A stretch of DNA of 63,525 nt, filler included, from Kipferlia bialata (taxonomy: Eukaryota): NCBI GenBank assembly GCA_003568945.1. It is 4 parts of 4 records of this genome, joined end to end, with 100 filler letters (N's around TTAATTAATTAA, not from the genome) between each part and the next. Parts side by side here need not be neighbours in the genome. Positions count along the whole stretch, not along the records: positions 49,152 to 61,410 come from BDIP01000248.1; positions 61,511 to 63,525 come from BDIP01000349.1; 2 more parts are not named here. One strand, written 5' to 3'. Below the pieces are notes generated by a model. The model did no database searches. It was not told where the DNA came from and was given only the letters and a program-made list of their open reading frames with translations. Below are positions 53,791 through 63,525 of this stretch, piece by piece (position 1 is the stretch's first letter; every line of letters starts with the position of its first letter). The position numbers and the translations under genes are program-made.

Positions 53791-56195
53791 CTACCCCTTC
53801 AGGACCCTGCTGAGAGTGTCATATGCACTCTGGACCAGTGCACTGTCTGTATTGGCATCCAAGGCAGCTTTGGCAGCTCTCAGTGCCTGCTCACGCTCAG
53901 TCTTCCCAAGCGACACTTGGGGTGAGAATTTCAGAATGTATGAACTGCCTAAACCAAACTTCTATAATGTGACCCTACCTCTTGATGCCATTGCCGTCAT
54001 AGCGTAGAGTAGTGCTTCCAGGGTGGGGTGTCTTGTCTCTGGCGCTCTGCTGTTGAAACCTGTGTTGTCCTTGAGTATAGTCAGACAGTGACTCAGCGCA
54101 GGGATGCCGCCTCCGTCGTGTACATCCTGTGCGACAGAACCATCTGGGGTTGTCAGCGCAGAGGTTGGATATAGGGTAGTCACACACGGTACGAGTGGAT
54201 TAATGTGAGTACAATGAATGCGTACCATATTCACACAGACTGGTCACAACCACCGCCACATGGCGGACGTAGTCGCACTCAAGACTCTCACTCAGAGGCC
54301 CCGCTGTTCCATCCTCCGTGACACACTGCCTGACAAGCCCTGTCAGGAGGTCAATGCAAAGCGAGTGGCATTGTAACTCCACTAGTGTGGCTCTTAGCAG
54401 GTCGGCTTGGAGTGAGCAGATTTGAAGTTGCTTTACTATATGTATATGAGATGCTCCATCCTATATAAGAGTGACATCTCTCGTTGGGACGTTACTTACC
54501 TTCCTTGCAATTACGTGCCCACTCACTTAGGGTTATCAGGACCCTCTGGGGGACCCTGTCTATAGCAACGGAACCCCAATCAACGAAAGGGGGGTCGCTT
54601 GGTGACTCGGAGAGGTCATGTCTTGGCTCCGGAGACCCCATTGGCAGTAGCATAACAGACACCACTGATGTGGCGAGCGTCTGAAGGGCTGTGTCACTTA
54701 CTAGGGTTAACCGTCGATATACAGTATATACGAATATACATATAAGGACCAAAGCAGTCCACAGAGACGAGTACATGCGATGTGCTGAAGAACGAACACA
54801 TAACCGCAGTACCTACACCCCGAACACGCTCCAGGAATCCCCAAAGAGGCCTGAATACACCAAACCATGTCCTGCTAGGGTGCCAGATGAAGTGACGGAT
54901 GCATTCAATGTCTTCATCGGTGATGATGTTAGGAGCTACTAAGGTGAGAACAGGGTTGAGAGTCGATGAATACACACTCTTCCAAGAGCGTCTTGATATT
55001 TGATACTGATATCTGAAGAGCTACTAAGCTTCTTACCCTGCATGAGGTTGGTGACTGTTTCTAGGGTTTCCACCACATATCTCTCTGAAGAGGACCAGCC
55101 CAGCCCTCGGAGACACAACGACCCGCATCCAAGCTCTACAAGACGTGGACGGAGGCTTACTGGTATGAGGCCGTATTCCAAACAGTCAGTCGTATACTAG
55201 CAGGTCATTTCCCCCATTACCTACTTCCGATGCGTCGTGTAGTAACTCGATGAGGTAGTGTGGCTCAGCTACTGCTCGTATGGTCTTAGCTATCAGACCC
55301 TCTATGACTCCCTCTTCCACCATACATGTCAGCAGATGAGGGTCTTGGTCAGTGGTCTGTATAGGCTATACAGACTGTACAGCTGTTAATGTAGGTCTAC
55401 ATACGTGGTACGATTGTGTCATTGGTTATATGCATGGTAAGAATTGTTTCATTCATGGATCTCAAGTCCAGGTGGGGGTATAGTAAGACGCCTGTAAATC
55501 GTTCCTTGCTCCTATCCCTGTGCCCTTACCTTTGTGCCCCACCTCCCTAACTATCTGGGCACACATGTTCATGATATCTGAATCCTGTGACACCTGCATC
55601 ACCTGCAGAGCGTACTTATGGAACCTGAGGTGGTATAGATGCCTTCCAGGGGCATGCCTGCCTCGTTGTTAGAGGGTGCCACATACAAACAGCCACTTAG
55701 TAACCAGATGTGTCTAATGAACCAGCAGAGGAGTGAGAAGTGAATGGTTCTTCAATTGGATATATAGTACTTGTGTGATTAGCAGAAGTATGAACACGTG
55801 AACCACTCTGACTCACACTGGTATCCCATGTGGTTCATCGCATTGAGTGTCTGCATGAGTAGGTGTCTGTCGGCCGAGGTGGGGTCAGGGTACGGGAGGG
55901 CCTGGGTGTTACTGTACAGCAACTTTCCACTCGGAAAATTCCCCTCTGCCTTCCTCTGTCTTTTCATATATCCGCGGTACTAGACTCATACTATGTCTAG
56001 GTGAGTGTGAGACTTGAAGTGGCCCAGATGCTAGTCCATTGGCTTTGGGCACGCATATCTACAGTGTATGTTTGCTAATATATCACATACACTCACCGCC
56101 AGTGGCTGGTATCCGACGTGGTCAGTCTGGATCTCCCTCTCTCTACACCCCTCATGTGAAGTGGGGTCTCTCCAGGAGGAGGTATCCTCACTCAT
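53791..56195 (-). CDS. Armadillo/HEAT-like helical repeat protein (gene G)
   Basis: GCCACCATG start (MSEDTSSWRDP...). Exons encode HLYHLRFHKYALQVMQVSQDSDIMNMCAQIV, CMVEEGVIEGLI, LRPRLVELGCGSLCL and DVHDGGGIPALSHCL, ending AYDTLSRVLKG*. Some junctions are uncertain. Confidence 0.6.
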
Positions 56196-56389
56196 GGTGG
56201 CCAAGATAACTGGAGTTGGAGACACACGTTTACTGGGCAGCAGATTCGTCGCCACTACAGGATCTGACAGTCGACATGATACCCTCTCGGACGACGGGGA
56301 AGGAGAGAGATGTCTTCATGTTACCAAGTCATAGTGTGTTGAACATATCCTCCTCCCTCTATAGAACCTGCTGCATCGTACTGTGTGGT

Positions 56390-58588
56390 ATGCCGTTGAC
56401 TCCACGAATGACCAGAGACTCTGCAACAATGACAGAGGTAATCAACGTGTCTTCCTATTTGGTCAAGACTCTTCACTCAAGTGAGACTAGACCATGCCAT
56501 CTTCTCCATATCACTTCCATCGTTAAGCATCACCCTCTTCTCATCCAGCCTCTGGTTGATGTTGACCCAAGAGAGGAGGAGCTGGTAGGGACATTGGGCA
56601 TTATGGCCGAAATCATGACTCAAGGTTATGTATACCGGTTATACAGTATAACCTACACTGTATATAATCTTAGTAGTCTATGTTGAGCACTCAGGTTGCG
56701 GTCATAAACATAAGCACATATAGATAGTCAATTCCCATTCTTGTAGCCAGCGTGGACCCTATTTTGACCCCTACATATATGTAGTACCTATATGCCTGAT
56801 GCCTCACCCAGACAATGACACCCCCAAACACGGCATCTTCCTCAACCTGGCCCCATACGCTAGAGACGCCCTGTCGGCCTACCCCCACTCTGATAGGGTT
56901 GTCAGAGAGGCAACACGTCTGCTAATAGGACTTACACCCTTTTACAGTACGTAGCGGAATTCATCAATACAGGCTATTTCGTTTGCGGTTCTGATCATTT
57001 GCCACCCTGATTGTGATAGAGTGTCTTACGATGTATTCTATGACTCTGTCGTGTTCTGACCCACAGGCAATTACACCCACCTCGTCATTGAGTCAGGGAT
57101 CTATGGGGCTCTCATTAACACCTACCTCATGGGCGCGTGTGATTCTCTGCCTCTGACTGTGTTGGTTCTAAGGGCGTTGGCGCTGGGCATGCGTGGGGGA
57201 GGTATATGAATGCATGTACACATGCATGTAATGACATGGCCAGTGTTGTGTACCTTACATCTTCTCTGTGTCTCATAGAACCAAGGCCGGTTGCCATTGT
57301 GCTTGGTGCTACCATAATTTATGTAGTCTCCCTCATCTACTATCCCCAGAAGACATTGACCCCGACCACCACTTTACCCGTACAGTCATGGACCGTCTGC
57401 TACCTGAGGCGATATACACACACAACGGAGACGCTGAGGTAATGGGGCGCCAGTTGATGTGACGTACACATGTATAGACGATACCTTATACTCATATACT
57501 GACACACATATTCACTAATACCCTCACACACAGGTAGTAAAGGAAGCGCGGGCTGTTTTCAGACAACTTCCATACACAGGTACTGTCAGAGTGACATATC
57601 ACAAGTAGTTTCCCACCCATCTCACAATGAGGGACACCAACACAGTCCAGCAAGGTAGAGGTTGCTATCGGCTCCATAGCACTGTTTCCGGAGTCTGCTG
57701 CTGTTGTCGGATGGGCGCTGGAAGAGCTAGCGAAGGGATACGGGTTTGGTATGGACATAACAACGTATCCCATACAGTGCTCCTTCACTGCAAATACTCA
57801 CACGCACCCAAGGAAACACCATACCCTACCACACCATGAGCTTACTCCAGATGGAGTTGACTTCGGAGAGGCCCTGGGTGCAGACATCATTGGCAGGGTA
57901 TTGGTATCATGGAGGGACAGAGACTGCAGGATAATCGGTCTGGCTCTCGACTATCTGTACCTGCTGGCCCGTGAAGGTACTCTAGGGGTGTCATTATGTT
58001 GCTCGATCTATCTTTACTCAGTCGACATCTATTACTGTCATAAGTGACCATACTGATTCAGATAAGCCACACATCAGCTCCTGGTTGGATGAAGACCTGG
58101 CAGAAATCCTGGTTTCATATGTACACACCCCTGTTTCAGACACGTTGTTGAGTGAGAAGGCACTCCGTGTGATTGCAAAACTGTCAGAAAGTACGTACAT
58201 GGATACACACTCTATTCGAATTCATTCTGTAAGTGTATCTGGCTGAGATGAAGAACAGTGCGTGAAGTGAGCATACAGACGATACTAAGCAACCACGTAA
58301 GAAAATTCTGCTTTGAGAGTCAGAGTTAGCAAGCTGTCGCCCTTGTCACCTCTCTTTTGCCATTCTCACCCAGGTAAGGCAGGGGTTTCTGTTCTATGCA
58401 GCCTAAACATGTCAACGGAGCTGCTGAGTACCATTGGTCCCTCAGAGCCAGTGGCCCCTCCGGCTAAGAGAGACACTGGGTATGGAGTAAGAGCAGACAG
58501 AGTCTCTCTGGCCGGAAGAGTGACAGATACGGTGAAGTCAATAGCTCTGAGGCTGCGCACACAGAGGTATGGCAGCGAGAAGATATAA
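56390..58588 (+). CDS. Armadillo/HEAT-like helical repeat protein (gene H), probable paralogue of gene G; ends approximate
   Basis: Exons encode IQPLVDVDPREEELVGTLGIMAEIMTQ / DNDTPKHGIFLNLAPYARDALSAYPHSDRVVREATRLL / HLVIESGIYGALI / ... / SDTLLSEKALRVIAKLSE. Confidence 0.6.
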
Positions 58589-59207
58589 ACATTGGTTAAA
58601 TGTCTCCATACATCGAGTCTAAAGAGTATTCCAACTCCAAGGCAAGCGCAGAGGCATGTCTGCTCAGGAGCGGAAGGCTCACAAGATAGTGGTAATGCTG
58701 AGCACAAGGACTAAGTGATCATTGTGTTAACAGTATCGTTAAATGTACGGGAGGTGCACGACACTCAACGGGAGGTCGGTTCTGTATGAATATAGAGAAT
58801 ATGTTCTCTGCATCGCCTATGACGACTTATCCCCGAAGAGTTCTCACTGATTACTGCTCAACAAACCCTCCACACTTGGACTCTCTCCGTCAATCGCAGT
58901 CGGTTACGTTTGGTACCTAAACCGATTAGAGCAGCACGAGGACACAGATATATAGATATGCAAGTGCTATCATGTATGGGTGCGTACTTAAGGACACACT
59001 GAATATCCATCATGAGTGGATCTACTTGGATTGGAGCCGTCATTGTGTGATATGTCTACAGTGGCATTGCAGAGCTATATACTCTCAGTTGAATCCTGCA
59101 GACTTCAGACTTAATTCAAAACAGGGTCCCTTCACTTTCTTTACCTCACCCCGACAAAACCTTACCGCAATAGTGGTGGTGCAGTCTGAAGCTGTCTACG
59201 CCCAACG

Positions 59208-60788
59208 ATGCCCACGGACAGTGACACACCCCCTGCTCTGACGGTCAGGGCCAGGTGGCTGTTTGGATCACAGTATACCAACTGTAGAGTGAGCAAGGCT
59301 GTACCATGCACTGGGGACGTGTTCCTGATACAAGTAGACGGGGTGAAGGTAAGAGAATGTGTGTGATATACCAGTAGCTCTGTCGAACAAACTACACCTA
59401 ATCTAGCGAACCGTCAGAACAAGATGCACTTTCCGTGAAATCTTCCTCGTTCACGGTTGTGACCTCCGCCACCCAACACTGCTGTGCGAGTACCCTAGCT
59501 ATGCATGCAGGCTAGCGTGTGTGGTGGGTGGGGTATGCTGTTTCATTGACACCGAGACACAGCGCATCCATCTTGTGGACATATCCACCTCAGAGACAGA
59601 GGAACACACAATTGGACCCTTCACTCGGTGTATGTACAGAGAGGGTGTGTTCCAGAGCCTGCCCTCTGGTCTCCACCTGGGCCTTCTGCACCGCATTAGA
59701 GATACATACCCCCTGCGGCTGGTGACAGTGGTGTTAGATGGACAGGCAGTCCTTTTAGACACTGGAAACAGGAGGCTGTGTCTGTACGATATGGAGTCAC
59801 ACACATGGACACAAGACACCAGGGAGTGTCCGTTCTTGCCCAAGAGTGAGACCTGGACGGGTAACCACGGTAGCGTGCATTTCCATGTTACTATAGTTGG
59901 CACACGTCAACTATTTATGTATCTCAACCCCGTGGGTCACACCAATTCTTACCAACTGGTTGTCTCTCCTTCTATTCTCCCTTTCTTCCACCAGTGGTAG
60001 CTGTGGTACATGAGGTGCTACATGTATTCGGATGTGAGGATAGATGCCAATGGGTGTACTCCACAAGGGAAGGCTGGAGGAGGGAGGGAAGAGTGCCAGT
60101 ATATGTGTGCGATGTAACTCAATGTCAGGTAGGACAACAATCTTAAACAATCTTTTTGGAGTACGTGCAGTACGTAACGTACCTCACCCATTTTCAGCAA
60201 CCACTCAATGAGTAGCTCTCACAGATGCGTACATAACGTACTACATTATTTCTGTACATCGACAACAATTCTAAACTGAGTGTCGTATGACAGGTAGAGT
60301 GGTAAGAGGTATAGACACATGATTGATGATCTAACCTTGAGGTGTTTGGGCGATTGATTGCCCTTTTTGGCAGGGATGGATCATGTCTCTATGACACCAT
60401 AAGTGGCGAGTGGTCACAAGTGAGTCAAAGAGCCATGGTGTTTGACAGAGATCGTTACTGGTACGAGTTAAGAGATGCCAGGTCAACGGGGGTCAAGGCA
60501 ATGACAGTGCCTGTAGGTGACAGTGCGGCACTTGTGCTAGATCACCATAGGGCAGGGGTCAGATCCAGGTGCCTATCACTCCTAATCACTCTCGATGAGT
60601 CCCTGCTCTACCCCCACTGGGGTATGGGGTGGGCTCAGATGGACAAGTGGAGGTGTAGAGAGGACTATGATGAGGCGTCTGAGCAGGACAAGGAGGCTGT
60701 GGAGCTAGGAGAGGCGGAGACAGGGTACCCTGAGAACAGCGAGGAGAGAGAGCAGAGGAAGGAGAGGACCACTGGGTTTTGGGACTGA
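59208..60788 (+). CDS. Divergent Kelch-like beta-propeller protein (gene I), 4 exons
   Basis: MPTDSDTPPAL...DGVK / RTVRTRC...RLCLYDMESHTWTQ...TWT / VVAVVHEVLHVFG...EGWRREG / VFGRLIALFG...LYDTISGEWSQ...GFWD*. The last acceptor is CTAACCTTGAG. Confidence 0.7.
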
Positions 60789-61359
60789 GAGATATGTCAC
60801 ACATCACAAATAGTAGTAGTACTTGTCACCCACTACACCCTTTTCGCAAAGAGAGAGATTGATAAGTAGAAACGCCAATGGCCTCCCTCTTCCTCTTGAA
60901 CCAGGGCCATGCCTGCTCCCAGAGCCTTAGGGACATGGCTGCTATGCGTCCTGTGCCTCTGCGTGTGTGTGCGTGCAGGTGTGTTTGAGGTTGAGGACGA
61001 GGAGGACCTGTGGTTTGTGGCAGACCCTCTGACAAGGTGGGTGTCATGTCAGTCTCACATGGTCCATCGATACTATGAGTGATGCTACCCTGTACAATGC
61101 TGTATTGCATTATATATATGTGTGTATAGGGTGGATAGTGTCTTTGCCGTACGTTGTCCAGTGCATATAGACGGCAACGATCACTGACTTCACATGAATC
61201 TACCCAGGATGCGTCTCTCTCTCTCTCTCTCTCTCTTGGTTCAGCCTAATTGATAGCTGTGAGGCACCAAGCATTTTGGTAAATGGGCGCCATTCTTCCT
61301 CCCTCTACTGAGTATCTGTCTATTATTGGTCTCTACCATGTGCATATCGGTGCAGTGTC

Positions 61360-61410
<51 letters not shown>

Positions 61411-61510
61411 NNNNNNNNNNNNNNNNNNNNNNNNNNNNNNNNNNNNNNNNNNNNTTAATTAATTAANNNNNNNNNNNNNNNNNNNNNNNNNNNNNNNNNN
61501 NNNNNNNNNN
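61411..61510. other. Artificial contig-join spacer
   Basis: N44-TTAATTAATTAA-N44, flanked by poly-C. Confidence 0.97.
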
Positions 61511-61585
61511 CCCCCTGTCCCCCCTTGCCCTCCTCCCCCCCCCCCCCCCCTCTCTCTCTCTATATGTCTATATATCTACCCCCAG

Positions 61586-62466
61586 GCCTGATCCTTGACA
61601 TTGTCGCTGACATCCGTGCCATGAACGGCCAGGCTGTGTACTCCCGCAAGAACGGAATCGTGATCCTCGGTGCGTCTCTATCCTATATACGTATCAATCC
61701 ATGGCAGGGTTGTACCCTCTCTCTCCTGGTACCTATTGTATTAGCACTACTCCCTTACGCTCAGGAGGTGGCCTTGTCAAGCACCACATCTGCAACGCCA
61801 ACCTCTTCTCTGCCACCGGAGCCAACTTTGCAGTCTACGTCAACACTGGTGCGTCTGTCTCTCTCTCTCTCTCTCTACATATATGTCTCTCTCTATCTTA
61901 GTGTCTCTCTCACACTAGGTATGGAGTTCGACGGCAGTGATGCCGGTGCCTCTCCCGAGGAGGCCAAGTCCTGGGGCAAGATTGCAGGTACCCCTATGCC
62001 ACACACACACACACTATATGAGTAAGCTATACCCCCCCTTCCCCTCTCTCTCTCTCACCCCCTCAGTTGATGCCAATGCCGTCAAGGTGTCTGCCGATGC
62101 CACCCTCGTGTTCCCCCTCATTGTCCATGCCACATTCAGGCAGTACTACAAGGTGCATAGTGTTCATATCTTTGGATAGTATAGCCACTTCAGAGTACAC
62201 ACCTTCTTCTACACCTTCTACTACACCTTCTTCTGTGTTGATTATGGTCCATTGATCCTAACCCCCAGGCCGACCCCCAGTACTGGGACAACAAGACCTA
62301 CGAGGACACACACATCAAGTGAGTATAGATGTCCCTATTGTAGCACCATGTGTTCCTATGCAATATCCATGCCCGGTACATTTTCTCCTCTCACCCCAGG
62401 TACGTCAACGCCATGCAGTCTGCCGATGACGCCCAGGCCGAGATGGGACACACCCTCATCAACTAG
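61586..62466 (+). CDS. DHPS: Deoxyhypusine synthase, 3' part
   Basis: Spliced GLILDIVADIRAMN...GIVIL/GGGLVKHHICNANLF...AVYVNT/GMEFDGSDAGASPEEAKSWGKI...KVSADATLVFPLIV; catalytic SWGK lysine present. Stop 62464-62466. Confidence 0.95.
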
Positions 62467-62792
62467 ACAGAGAGAGTGCTATGATAGGGAGAGTGATGCT
62501 TTGAGTAGTGCAAGAGAATGACTATGAACCTGAGAGGGTTGTGCGATTTTCCGCGACAAACATTTATTGATTTTTATTTGTGTTTAGTGTTTGCTGTAAA
62601 TAGATTCGTTTTCATCAAGGCGCCTGTGTTGCATTCACAGTAACATTGTGTACTAGTGCGGCAAATAGAAGGCATAAGCGTCTGCTGAGCGACGTCTGCT
62701 CCTGGAAGTGAGTCCAAAAAAGACATAAGGGTGTAGCACATGACTGTAGCGACAGCTGTCATCCCTCACTCTCTCTACCCTCAGAGTGTGAT

Positions 62793-63388
62793 ATGGAGTC
62801 TGAGAGCGCATACTCCTTCTCTCTGACCACATTCAGCCCATCAGGTACGGACTATTCCTTAGTGGGTCTATTCAGAGTGTATGAACCTGTATACTATTGC
62901 GTATATGGGAATGAAGAATGTGTGGCACTGACGGGCACGGTGCTATATTCATTCAAGGGACACGTGGTTTATATCCTGACCTACTCCCGGCATATGCCAT
63001 TGCCTAACATATGTTTGGCTGGTGCATACCTCGTACACACATTGAAACCAATGATCAATTGATTATGCTTTCACACATACACCCGCACTATACCCGCATA
63101 TGTATGTACCTCTCACTCCAGGGAAGCTTGGTCAGCTAGGACACGCCCAGAGAGCTGTGAACAATGGAAGGTGTGTTGTTGTCTGTTGATGTGTCACTCC
63201 ACACTGTACAGTACCTAGTATCACACCACTATCAATCCACGTACTCCACATACACACACACCTCACACGACACACACCCTCACCGCAGGATCAGCATTGG
63301 AGTGAAGGCCACCGACGGGTGCGTGCTGTGTGCTGACAAGAAGGTCGGCACAGAGCTCATTGACATCACATCGGTCAACGTGGTGGAG
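62793..63388 (+). CDS. PSMA2: 20S proteasome subunit alpha type-2, 5' part
   Basis: Exons 62793-62844, 63122-63170 and 63289-63388 give MESESAYSFSLTTFSPSGKLGQLGHAQRAVNNGRISIGVKATDGCVLCADKK. The YSFSLTTFSPSGKL signature identifies alpha-2. Confidence 0.93.
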
Positions 63389-63471
63389 GTGAGGGGTCTG
63401 GTGTGTCTATGTCTCTCTGTCTGATATGGCGGGGGTGAAGGTGTCCTCCTGCACAGAGCTGCTTTCTCTGG

Positions 63472-63525
<54 letters not shown>

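Noticed and set aside
60826..61210. Possible terminal exons of a minus-strand gene near the contig end
   Set aside because: More than one frame is open and no consistent splice model or homology could be established.
61362..63525. Long poly-C runs at contig ends as telomeric or functional G4 elements
   Set aside because: Homopolymers sit at assembly breaks inside introns or gene flanks, their lengths are unreliable, and no telomeric repeat unit is present.

Overview
Eukaryotic, very intron-dense genomic DNA. It is most likely from a free-living fornicate such as Kipferlia bialata; this is inferred from the fused branch-point/acceptor motif CT[AGCT]AC-N2-6-AG, the (CT)n/(TA)n-rich introns and the divergent Kelch-like family. 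The window is four contigs joined by artificial 100-nt N44-TTAATTAATTAA-N44 spacers. Contig 1 (1-24484) is one giant spliced gene for a highly divergent, apparently ATPase-degenerate axonemal dynein heavy chain. Contig 2 holds two low-complexity hypothetical genes, a Kelch-type gene and a MepA-like MATE transporter whose conserved MGIRGAA motif carries a 23-nt templated insertion. Contig 3 holds a basic low-complexity gene, a head-to-head pair of ARM-like paralogues and a second Kelch-like gene. Contig 4 holds deoxyhypusine synthase and proteasome alpha-2. The most striking signal is pervasive 'exon echoes' in five genes. Most exons are flanked by direct partial copies of themselves: acceptor plus exon 5' part upstream, exon 3' part plus donor downstream. 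These copies end in microsatellites and differ from the intact exon overwhelmingly at synonymous positions, which neutral decay of dead intronic copies does not predict. All gene models were spliced by eye and all family calls come from remembered motifs, not database searches.
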